Assembly: GCA_963727485.1 (NCBI GenBank)
Contig: CAVSGM010000006.1
Location: forward strand, 1-18,938
Direction: 5' to 3'
Length of the DNA stretch: 18,938 nucleotides
Source: an uncultured delta proteobacterium
GTDB taxonomy: Bacteria > Myxococcota > Myxococcia > SLRQ01
Made by a program: the position numbers and the translations under genes
Part shown: piece by piece, positions 9,901-18,493 of the stretch
How the letters are laid out: each line of letters opens with the position of its first letter
Position numbering within the stretch: position 1 is the first letter of the stretch
The notes under the pieces: generated by a model
What the model was told of the DNA's origin: nothing
Seen by the model: the letters and a program-made list of their open reading frames with translations, nothing else
Database searches by the model: none

Positions 9901-10412
9901 TCGCCGAGGGGCGGGTCACGCAGCTCGGGCCCCTGCGCCGGGTCCTCGCCCTCGATGGCGCCGGGCTCCTCGCCGACGGCGAGCGGGCGCGGGTGGCGGC
10001 CCTGGGCGAGGTCGCCCGGGCCTTCGCCGAGGCCTGGCGGGTGGGGCGGGGGAGGCCGGTGGACCGGGCGGTGCTCGAGGCCAGCGGCGCGGTGAGCGAC
10101 GCCTTCATCGACAAGGTGACCGAGGTCGCCGCCGAGCTTGGGGGTGACGCCGCGGCGCTGCTCTCGGCCTTCAACGCCGCGGGCGCCGACCGCGACGATC
10201 GCCTCAAGGGCTTCCGCAGCAAGTCCCTGGAGCAGCTCGAGGCCTACCTCCGGGACGAGGGCCATCTCGACGATCGTGCCCGGCTCCCGGAGGCCGAGAT
10301 CCTCGCCCGGTGTCGCGACGCCGTCGCCGGCGCCCTCGACGGCGGCGCCCTGGACCCGGGCGACGTCGCCCGCACCGTCCGGGCCCTGGAGGCGGCGACC
10401 GGCGCGCGCTGA
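6959..10412 (+). CDS. SMC-like ABC-fold ATPase, Rad50/SbcC (YhaN-like), one frameshift near 8190
   Basis: GTG at 6959 after AAGGAGG. Walker A LLVGPNGSGKTS, long Ala/Glu/Arg coiled coil with a central hydrophobic hairpin, signature LSDGTRMQLLLATR, Walker B/D-loop LPLFLDESLTATD and QIFYLTS. An extra G in the run at 8189-8193 splits the ORF. Confidence 0.92.
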
Positions 10413-10421
10413 CCGGCGCCG

Positions 10422-12026
10422 TCAGGCCCCCGGGCCCAGGGTCGCCACGAAGAACGTCCGCAGCGCCCCGAAGAGCTCGCCGGAGGCGGCCTGGTACTCC
10501 TCCGCGTCGGCCTCGTCCTGGGGGGACTGGTCGTTCCAGGAGCCCATGCCTCCGAACACGTCGGCCACGTCGCAGGCGAGAAGCGCGCGATGCCTCTCGG
10601 GCGCGGCGCCGGCCCGGCGAAGGATTGCCAGGTCGCCGAGCTTGTCCCCATAGACCTTCCGCGCCATCTCCGAGAACCCGGCGGCCTCGAGGGCGGCGAG
10701 GTCCGCCGCGGGATCCGGCGCCCGCGACAGGCCCTGGGCGTCGAGGACGAAGGCGGCGAGCTTGAAGGCCTCGGCGAACGGCGAGCCCATGCGCTCGGCG
10801 ATGGCCTCGGTGCGCGTGAGCGCTGACCGGAACCGATCCCGCGCCGACGCCGCATCGGGGGGCGCCGGCACCTCGGCCAGGGGTCCCTGGGGCTCGAAGC
10901 AGTAGAGGGTCCAGGGCCCGGGGTTGGGCGCGAAGTGGAGCCGCTCCCCGGCGGGGAGGTAGTCGCGGCGCGCCTCCGGGTCAAGGGAGTCGACGAGGGT
11001 CCCGACCTTGCCCGAAAGCGCCGAGGGCACCTCCAGCTTCGTATCGGCGAGGCGACAGGCCATCTGCACCGCCGTCAGGTACATTTTGCTCATGGCCCGC
11101 AGCTCGTCCGGGTCCATGGCCCGGAGGCGCTCGGGCACGCCGGCGGGATCCGCCGGGGCCCGGTCGGGATCGATCTGGGTCATGACCTTCTGGATCCGCG
11201 CCCACGCCGCCTCGGCGCAGGGCAGCGACGACACCCAGGCGACGAGCGCCTCCCCCGGGACCGGCACCAGGAGCGAGAGCCGGTCGTCGGAGGGGATGAA
11301 CGCCCTGGCCGCCTCGGGATCCGTCTCGGCGAGGTAGCGGCGCTCGAAGGCGTCGGGATCGCGCCGGACGAAGAGGTCTTCCTCGTCGGGCCCGATCTGC
11401 AGGGTCTCGCCGAGCTCCCGGCTCCGGAGCTGCACCGCATTGAGGACCGAGTCACCCGCGCCGCCGAGCGCCCACCGCCCGGCCGGGGTCGGCAGCCAGG
11501 CGTCGAGGTCGGCGTCGGGGACGGGCGGTCGCTGGTTCATCTCGTCGAACTCGTCGAGCTCGCGCCGCGCCGCCTCACGCAAGGCCGCGGCGTGGGGCTG
11601 GTGATCGAGCCAGGCGAGGAACTGCGCCGGCGTGATCGCGTGCTCGGGGCTGGAGAGGTACTGGAGGCCGTAGCGCGCGGCGGGCGCGCCCTCGGTGCTG
11701 GCGCCGAGCCCGAGGACCTGGATCATCGCGCCGGCGAAGGCGGCGATCTGGTGCTCGGCGATCCCCGGCCGGGCGACGGGCTGGGCATGGAGCACCCAGG
11801 CGGCGACCGGTGCGCCGCCGCGGGTCGCGTCGATCCAGGGGAGCAGCCCCACGGTGCGGCCGGAGGCGAGGGTGCCGCCCACCGAGGTGCGGCCAGGGCT
11901 GCGCGGGTGGAGCAGGTCGTAGGCCGCGCAGTCCTCGAGGACGGCGGCCCGTGCCGCCGGGTAGTCGGCCTCGGGGCGCTGGAGGAGGAGCACGGTGAGG
12001 GACAGGAGGAAGTCGTCGAGGTGCAT
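10422..12026 (-). CDS. Hypothetical protein (534 aa) with C-terminal FGGMGSWND motif (DUF6966-like)
   Basis: Long intact ORF with GC3-biased codons. The C-terminus reads ...LLACDVADVFGGMGSWNDQ...YQAASGELF. Convergent with the SbcC-like gene across a 9-bp gap. Confidence 0.75.
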   Translation of the reverse strand: MHLDDFLLSLTVLLLQRPEADYPAARAAVLEDCAAYDLLHPRSPGRTSVGGTLASGRTVGLLPWIDATRGGAPVAAWVLHAQPVARPGIAEHQIAAFAGAMIQVLGLGASTEGAPAARYGLQYLSSPEHAITPAQFLAWLDHQPHAAALREAARRELDEFDEMNQRPPVPDADLDAWLPTPAGRWALGGAGDSVLNAVQLRSRELGETLQIGPDEEDLFVRRDPDAFERRYLAETDPEAARAFIPSDDRLSLLVPVPGEALVAWVSSLPCAEAAWARIQKVMTQIDPDRAPADPAGVPERLRAMDPDELRAMSKMYLTAVQMACRLADTKLEVPSALSGKVGTLVDSLDPEARRDYLPAGERLHFAPNPGPWTLYCFEPQGPLAEVPAPPDAASARDRFRSALTRTEAIAERMGSPFAEAFKLAAFVLDAQGLSRAPDPAADLAALEAAGFSEMARKVYGDKLGDLAILRRAGAAPERHRALLACDVADVFGGMGSWNDQSPQDEADAEEYQAASGELFGALRTFFVATLGPGA

Positions 12027-12086
12027 CGATCCATATGACCTCGGCCCTACTGGCGTGCAAGTGCGCGCGGGGGCGGCAGGGGGCCA

Positions 12087-12116
12087 TTGTCAACCGCGAT
12101 GGGCCGCGTGTACGCT
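12087..12116 (+). promoter_or_regulatory. Possible sigma70-type promoter for the lipoprotein gene
   Basis: TTGTCA (12087-12092), 18-nt spacer, TACGCT (12111-12116), within the divergent intergenic region. Confidence 0.3.
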
Positions 12117-12157
12117 CGCCAACCAACAGTCCGAACGCCTCATGGCGGGGGGTCGAC

Positions 12158-13657
12158 ATGCATCGGCTGATGCTCGTGGCGGTGGCTCTGGTCTCGTTGA
12201 CGGCATGCGGCGGTGGGGGCGGTGACACCGGGGGTGACGGCGGGAACGGCAGCGCCGACGGCGGGGGCGGTGGCGGTGGCGGCGGTGGCGGTGGCGGCAC
12301 CACGCCCTTCGGCGGCGCCATGTTCCCCGACTACGGCTCGGCGGCGTCGAACTCGCACCAGCCGGACCTGGTGGTGGACGCGGCCGGCATCACCCACCTC
12401 GTCTACACCGGATTCACCCCGAACGACGCCAACGTCGACCCGGTGCGCTACGGCGAGTGCGCCGCCAACTGCCAGGTGGACGGCTCCTGGACCTTCACCA
12501 CCCTGGGCAAGGTGGGCGTCTTCGGCGGGCAAACGCACCTGGCCGTGGGTTCGGACGGACGCGCCCACGTGGTGTGGACCGAGCAGCAGTCCAGCGACGG
12601 CGTGGCCACCCTGCACTACGCGACCTGCGCCAGCGGTTGCACCGACGCCTCGGCCTGGCAGCAGGGGGCCATCGAAGTGCAGAACGGGCCGAGCACCCCG
12701 GCGCCGTTCCTGGTCTACGGCCACAGCCTGGCGCTGGACGCCCAGGGCCATCCCCGCGTGGTGTACCGGCGCGACTGGCCGCAGGAGCACACCTTCTTCG
12801 CCCAGTGCGATAACAACTGCACCCAGCCGTCCTCGTGGTCGGTGGTGCAGCTGAATGCGTCGCGGGCCTTCGCGGCCGAGCTGGTGTACCAGGGCGGCGT
12901 GGCGCACCTGATGGCTACCTATCTCGACACCATCCTCTACTACCAGGCGTGCGCCGGCAGCTGCGCCAACGCCGGGAGCTGGACGGCGCCCGCACCCACC
13001 TTCTTCGACAGCACCCGGTGGTTTTCCTTGAGCTTCGACGCCCAGGGGCACCCGCGGCTGCTCTTCAACCAGGGCAGCGCCAACTCCACGGACGCGGCGG
13101 TGAAGGCGCACGATCGGACGGTGAACTATGCGTGGTGCGACACCAACTGCACCACCGGCACCAACTGGGCCGGCTACGTGATGTCCTTCGACCTGGACAC
13201 GGGCAAGGAGGGCCTGGTGCTCGCCCACGACCCCGACGGACGTCCGGTGATCGCCGTCGAGAAGCCCAACAGCGAGCTTTTCGTCGCCACCTGCACCGGG
13301 GGCTGCGAGTCGACGAGCGCCAACTGGATCGGGCAGACGGTGGACTCGCCGGACCTCTTGGCGGCGGCCACCAAGGCGCCGCAGCCCACTTGCGACCCCG
13401 GGATTGCGCCGGCTGCCTACTGGTATCCAGGCGACTCGGTGCGCCTCGCCTTCGACGCCGCCGGCAACCCCCGCCTCGCCTACGAGGCCTACGTGCTGCA
13501 GAAGTGCGGAGGCGGCAACCCAGCGGAGGCCGTGCGCCTGACGCGCTACGCTCAGCATCCCACGGCAGCAGTAGTCGCGAAGGGAACGCCGGGACCCGGT
13601 CCAGGGTGGGGATGTGGCCGAAGTCCACGGAGCTCACCGTTCGCCGGAGACTCGTGA
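12158..13657 (+). CDS. Cys-rich repeat beta-propeller lipoprotein
   Basis: Signal peptide with lipobox MHRLMLVAVALVSLTA|C and a poly-Gly linker, then seven roughly 55-aa repeats LxxDxxGxP(R/H)xxY. Six repeats carry a (Y/F)xxCxxxC...W-type motif. The exact C-terminus is uncertain. Confidence 0.85.
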   Translation: MHRLMLVAVALVSLTACGGGGGDTGGDGGNGSADGGGGGGGGGGGGGTTPFGGAMFPDYGSAASNSHQPDLVVDAAGITHLVYTGFTPNDANVDPVRYGECAANCQVDGSWTFTTLGKVGVFGGQTHLAVGSDGRAHVVWTEQQSSDGVATLHYATCASGCTDASAWQQGAIEVQNGPSTPAPFLVYGHSLALDAQGHPRVVYRRDWPQEHTFFAQCDNNCTQPSSWSVVQLNASRAFAAELVYQGGVAHLMATYLDTILYYQACAGSCANAGSWTAPAPTFFDSTRWFSLSFDAQGHPRLLFNQGSANSTDAAVKAHDRTVNYAWCDTNCTTGTNWAGYVMSFDLDTGKEGLVLAHDPDGRPVIAVEKPNSELFVATCTGGCESTSANWIGQTVDSPDLLAAATKAPQPTCDPGIAPAAYWYPGDSVRLAFDAAGNPRLAYEAYVLQKCGGGNPAEAVRLTRYAQHPTAAVVAKGTPGPGPGWGCGRSPRSSPFAGDS

Positions 13658-13691
13658 AAGCCTGCGAACGTCCCTGCGGCATCGGCGTGCC

Positions 13692-13721
13692 TTGACACGC
13701 ATCCGCCATCGTCGCCTTAAT
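13692..13721 (+). promoter_or_regulatory. Putative sigma70 promoter for the ACP-like/barrel/PLC/GT-C operon
   Basis: Perfect TTGACA at 13692-13697, 18-nt spacer, imperfect -10 CTTAAT at 13716-13721, about 40 nt before the GGAG RBS and ATG 13762. Confidence 0.45.
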
Positions 13722-13761
13722 CGACGCTGCCGGCGAGCGGGGCGGGCTCGATGGAGACACG

Positions 13762-14073
13762 ATGGGGGACGTTGGGCCCAAGGGCGCGGCCCGGGTGGAC
13801 CGGGCGACGATCGCGCGCGAGGTGATCGCGCGGCTCGCCGCGGCGGCGCACGTGGACGCCAAGGACGTCAGCGAGCACGACGCGCTGGAGCTCGACCTCG
13901 GCTTCGACGCCGACGGCAAGCGGGCCCTGGCGGCCGACTACGACGCCGTCATCCACGCGCACCATGGCGAGCCGGTCACCATGGACGACGCCGGGGACCT
14001 CGAGCAGGTGAGGGACGCGGTGGACCTGGTCTTCCACCACTGCGGCGGACACGACGCCGGGGGCGACGCGTGA
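13762..14073 (+). CDS. Acyl-carrier-protein-like protein lacking the phosphopantetheine-accepting serine
   Basis: Aligns by eye with AcpP: TIAREVIARLAAAAHVDAKDVSEHDALELDLGFDADG vs [37 protein letters not shown], and VTMDDAGDLEQVRDAVDLV vs IPDEEAEKITTVQAAIDYI. The protein is acidic and DSL has become DAD. Confidence 0.7.
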   Translation: MGDVGPKGAARVDRATIAREVIARLAAAAHVDAKDVSEHDALELDLGFDADGKRALAADYDAVIHAHHGEPVTMDDAGDLEQVRDAVDLVFHHCGGHDAGGDA

Positions 14074-14987
14074 GGCGCCTCATCCCCCTCGCGATCTCGT
14101 GCCTGGCGCTGGCGGTGTCACCGGTGGCCCGCGCCGACGGCGGCGCCATGTCCGGCGCGAAGCAGCCGTCGACCCTCGCCGCCCTCCTCGGCCACCTCCG
14201 CCTCCGCCGGGGCCTCGACGACCAGAACCTCCTGGCGAAGCCCGCGAACCTCGCGGTCACCTGGCCGGGCACCGGCCCCGCGACCTGGGCGGTCGACGGC
14301 GCCCTCTCGGCGACGGGCTGCGCCGTGTGCGCCGGCGCCGGGGTGCAGCTCGAGCTCGGCGGAGGCGTCGAGTACCACCGGGACACCGAGCTCTCCGCCC
14401 CCAAGAACCTCTTCGCCGCCGGGCTGACCGCCGAGCTCTACCTGGGCCATCTCTCCGACGTCGTGAGCCACGACCTCAAGGCGAGCCTCGAGTACCACCG
14501 CGACGTCGTCGCCGACACCGGCAGCGCCGTCGCCTACCTCGACTACGTGCCCCTGGGCCCGTTGGCCATCGGCCGGGTGTGGCCCTCGCCGCGCTCGGGC
14601 GTGTTCTCCGCCTTCGCCCTGGAGTGGGCACCGACCTTCAGCCTCGAGTGGGGCGACACCTTCGCCGGCGCCGACGCCGACGCCGGCGGCCGCGGCCAGG
14701 TGCTCCGCGTCCGCCTCCAGGGCGAGCTGCGGGTCTACCTGGCACCGCGGGCCCTGCGCGAGCAGGTCTTCCTCCAGGCCTCCGTTGCCCTCCGCGACAC
14801 GGTGGCGAGCAGCCAGCTCACCGAGCGCGCCGGCCACCGATCGCACCTGCTCACCGCCGGCCTCACCGCCTACGTGGACCCGGGGCACCACGCGGCCCTG
14901 TCCCTCGAGTACCGGGAGGGCGTCGACCCCCGGGCGGGGCAGGGCCAGGACCGGTACCTGCGCCTGACCCTGAGCCTCAAGCTCTGA
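14070..14987 (+). CDS. Secreted protein, predicted outer-membrane beta-barrel
   Basis: GTG start overlaps the previous TGA (GTGA). Sec signal MRRLIPLAISCLALAVSPVARA|D. Many amphipathic strands (VQLELGGGVEYH, LKASLEYH, VRLQGELRVYL, ALSLEYREG) and terminal strand YLRLTLSLKL. Confidence 0.7.
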   Translation: MRRLIPLAISCLALAVSPVARADGGAMSGAKQPSTLAALLGHLRLRRGLDDQNLLAKPANLAVTWPGTGPATWAVDGALSATGCAVCAGAGVQLELGGGVEYHRDTELSAPKNLFAAGLTAELYLGHLSDVVSHDLKASLEYHRDVVADTGSAVAYLDYVPLGPLAIGRVWPSPRSGVFSAFALEWAPTFSLEWGDTFAGADADAGGRGQVLRVRLQGELRVYLAPRALREQVFLQASVALRDTVASSQLTERAGHRSHLLTAGLTAYVDPGHHAALSLEYREGVDPRAGQGQDRYLRLTLSLKL

Positions 14988-15015
14988 ACCCGGCGCCCCG
15001 GCGCAAGGAGGCCCC

Positions 15016-16542
15016 ATGGCCGACGCCTACAAGCCCAAGCACGTCTTCGTCCTGATGCTGGAGAACCGGTCCTTCGACCACCTCTTCGGCTTCTCCGGGC
15101 TCCGGGGCACCGACGCCGAGACCGGGGCGCCAACCGGGGTCGTCGGTCTCGCGGGCACCGAGGCCAACACCTATCCGGGGCCAGCGCTACCCGGTGGCGC
15201 GCGGCGCCGACTTCGTGATGCCCGTCGACCCGCACCACGAGTTCGAGGACGTGCTCCTCCAGCTCTGCGGCGAGGGCGCCACCTACGCCAAGGGCCAGCC
15301 GTACCCGACCGTCACCAACTCGGGCTTCGTCGCCAGCTACGTACGCTCCGGCGGCGGCGGCGGGCCGGGCGAGATCATGAAGTGCTTCGACACGCCGAGG
15401 GCAGCTGCCTCATTCTCCATGCGCTGGCCCAGATGTACGCCGTCTGCGACCACTGGTTCTCGTCGATGCCCGGCCCGACCTGGCCGAACCGGATGTTCCT
15501 CCACGCGGCCTCGTCCGGCGGGCTGGACCACAGCACCACGACCCCTGGGAATCCTCCAGTGGGAAGACATCGACGGCTTCACCTTCCGGGGCGGCACAAT
15601 CTTCGACTCGCTCCGGCAACACCCGGGAAGGGCTACCGCATCTACTCCGGCGAGGGCCAGTTCCCCATGGTGGCCGCGCTCAAGGGCATAAGCGACCTCG
15701 CCAAGGTGCAGGAGCGTGGCGAACCTCGCCGACCTGAGATGAAGGACCCTGGCTTCCCCCTACAGCTACGTGTTCATCGAGCCGAGCTACTTCGTGCTCG
15801 ACGAGCTTCCGCAAGAGCAGCAGCCAGCATCCGCCCCTGGCCGACGTCCGGGACGGCGAGAAGCTGATCAAGGGAGCCGGTAGCCGGGGCGGATCCGCAA
15901 CTCGCCCCACTGGGAGGACTCGCTGCTGGTGATCGCCTGGGACGAGCACGGTGGTTTATAAAATGACGTCACGCCGCGCCCGGGGCCGTGCCCCGGGGGA
16001 TGGCGGTCCCGGGTTCGCCGCACAGCGAGCACGGGTTCACCTTCGAGGCAGTACGGGGTGCGGGTGCCGGCGGTGGGCGTTGTCGCCTCGGATCCAGCGC
16101 AACACCATCGACCACCGCCTCTACGATCGCGCCTCCGTGCCCGCGGACCCTTCGGGCGCTCTTCGGCCTCGAGCCGCTGAGCGGAATCGCGACCGCGCGG
16201 CGCGGACGTTGCTGCCCCTGCTCTCGCCTCCGGGCACGACCCAGGTCGCGGATTACCCCGCCGAGCTGAGTCCCGCACGCACCGGCCGCGCCGGTGCCCC
16301 CGGGGGTTCACGGCGACACGGGTGCCATCGAGGCAGACGCGGCCCCGGATGGCCCGGCCGAACGGATGCCGTGGAACGGCGGCGCGCTGCCGGCCATCCT
16401 CCATTCGGCGCTGCGTCAGCAAATCGCCCATGACCCCGAGCACAAGGTCGAAGGATACCTGGCCCGGGTCGCCAGGAGCTCGAGACGCGCGCCGACGCCC
16501 TGGCCTACCTCCGCGACGTGCAGGATGGGCTGGGATCAGTGA
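15016..16542 (+). CDS. Phospholipase C / phosphoesterase family protein (PlcH/AcpA/NPC superfamily), multiple frameshifts
   Basis: AAGGAGG RBS. Motifs KHVFVLMLENRSFDH, DPHHEF, SGFV, CDHWFSSMPGPTWPNRMFLHAA (Thr nucleophile), YVFIEP, QHP, LLVIAWDEHGG and YGVRVP. No signal peptide. Confidence 0.88.
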
Positions 16543-18100
16543 GCAGGTTGAGGGGTGCACCCACTACTTGGAGGGAGCTGCTCGGACCCGGTGCCTCGCC
16601 GTGGCGCTGGTGGGCCTGGTGCTGCCCGTCTACCTCCTGGGCTACCGGGGCCCGACCGCCGGCGACGACCTCATCCACCTCCAGGCCTGCGACGCGCTGG
16701 TCACCCACGGCACCCTGGGCTTCCCGGTGAGCGAGTACGACCCGGCGCGCCGGCCGCTCCTCCGGATGTTCTTCCGCCGCGGGGTGAACGGCGAGGTGTA
16801 CGGGGCGCTGCCGCCTGGGCTGCCGTGATCTCGGCGCCGCTCTGCGCCGCCGCGCGGTGGCTCGCCGAGACCGCCGCCGGTGCCCTCGTGGGCGCGGCGC
16901 GCTTCGGCGGTCACCCGGAGGTGTCGCTGGCGCGCCTGCGCACTAATCCCCTGGCCTTTGCCGCGGGCCAGGTCGACCCCGCTCGCCTGCGCCGCGGTGG
17001 TCCTCCTCTTCTTCCTCGCCGGCCTCGACGCCGGCGGCGAATGCGAGGTGGGCGGCGACGGCGGCCCTGGCCCTCGGCCTCGGCACCTTCCTCTCGGTGC
17101 TACGCGGAGAGCTACTGGACCCAGCCGGTGTGCCTCCTGGCCCTCTTCGCTGGTCTGCTCGCCCTGCGCCGGGACGCCGAGGGGACCGGATCGACGGCCC
17201 TGGGGATCCTCGGCGGAGCGCTCCTCGGGGCCGCCGCCCTCTTCCGCTACGAGGCGTCGGCCATCGGGGCGGTGCTCCTTGCCGTCGCCTGCGTCCCCGC
17301 CTCGCCCGGCGCCGCGGGCCCGCGGGCGCTGGTGAGCCCGCTCTTCGGGGTGGGCCGCGGGCATCGCGGTCCTCGCGGGGTGGAACTGGCACCGCTTTGG
17401 CAACGCATTGGTCACCGGCAACCCCCACGGCCACCTCCGCACCCTCGTCGGAGGTCACGTCCTGGGGCGACGGGCCTTCAGCATTCCGGCGAACCTGGCG
17501 AGCCCCGAGCAGGGCCTCCTTGTCTTCGCCCCGCCGGTGGCGGTGGCCCTGTGGATCGCCGGCCGCGCCTGGCGCCGCCTCGATGTCTGGGAGCGCACGG
17601 GGATCCTGTTCTCCGCCGGTCTCCTCGTCTTCTACAGCGCCTTCGTCCTCTGGCAGACCGATGACGCCTGGGGCCCGCGGTTCCTGGTGCTGGTGCTCCC
17701 CTTTGTGCTCCTGCCGGTGCTGCGCCACGGCGGCCGCGCGGCGCGCCGGTGGTTCGTGGGCGCGGCGATCCTCGGCGCCGCCGTCCAGGTTGCCGGGGTG
17801 CTCACGGTGATCACCAACGCCACCATCATGCGGCTCATGGACTCCCCGCACCCGACGCGCCTGGGCTGGTTCTTCCGCTCGGGAGATCCTCGAGGCCTGG
17901 GCCCGCCTCGCCCACCACGGAGTGGACGCCTTCTGGTGGTCCCGGTCGCCGGGGGGCCTGGTGGCGGCGGCGGTGCTCGGAGCGACGGCCCTCGGCGCCG
18001 CCATGGCTCTTTTCACCGCCCTCCGGCGCCCGGCGACCGCCTCCCCCGCAGCGCGCTGGATGCCTCACGTTCCCCGAAAATCACCGCCAGCGCCCCGAAG
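16539..18100 (+). CDS. Multi-pass membrane protein, GT-C (ArnT/PMT-like) glycosyltransferase-type; frameshifted, 3' end approximate
   Basis: Probable GTGA overlap with the PLC stop. TM1 is followed by acidic GDD in the first loop (YRGPTAGDDLIHLQ). Later come YAESYWTQP, LFRYE, SPEQGLLVFAP and AWGPRFLVLVLP, with many hydrophobic segments across frames. Confidence 0.65.
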
Positions 18101-18457
18101 GTCAGCGTCAGCCCGTAGCGCCCGGTCACCGTATCGAGGACCGCCCGCTGGGGGCGCCTCGGGATCCACCGCCACCGGCACCAGGTCGCCTCGCGCCAGC
18201 CCGCTCGGGCCCCGAGGTGATCGAGGGATCCCCGCCGGGTGGTGAACTGGTGGCTCGCACCGCCGACCCGGTAGCGGATGGTGAACGCCTCGCCGTCGCC
18301 CCCCCGGCCGGCGAGGACCCGGTGCACCGCGACCACCTCCCCGGTGCGGTGGACGAAGCCGCTGGTGCGCGCGTGCTCCCAGGCGAAGGCGCCGACGCAG
18401 GTCACCAGCAGGAGGATCGCGGTGCGGATCATCGCCGCGCGGGGGACGGAGCTTCAT
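18065..18457 (-). CDS. DUF3592-like membrane protein (frameshifted)
   Basis: N-terminal TM (AILLLVTCVGAFAW), TGEVVAV, FTIRYRVGG, RGDLVPVAVDPEAP-RAVL and a C-terminal TM (YGLTLTFGALAVIF). Both ends are approximate. Confidence 0.65.
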   Translation of the reverse strand: MKLRPPRGDDPHRDPPAGDLRRRLRLGARAHQRLRPPHRGGGRGAPGPRRPGGRRRGVHHPLPGRRCEPPVHHPAGIPRSPRGPSGLARGDLVPVAVDPEAPPAGGPRYGDRALRADADLRGAGGDFRGT

Positions 18458-18493
18458 CGTTCGCATCCTCTCCGGCCGCCCGCCAGCGGCGCC

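Noticed and set aside
5628..10265. Very long antisense or alternative-frame ORFs (e.g. 7356-10265 -, 6668-8695 -, 8576-10147 +)
   Set aside because: Shadow ORFs expected in very high-GC coding DNA: rich in Arg/Gly/Pro/Ala, without motifs, and overlapping well-supported genes.
10410..10424. TGAC-N7-GTCA palindrome with the same form as the promoter box
   Set aside because: Formed by two facing TGA stop codons at a convergent junction and lacks the CACC-N-TA extension, so probably coincidental.
12210..12300. GGC/GGT trinucleotide-rich tandem repeat
   Set aside because: Simply encodes the poly-Gly lipoprotein linker.
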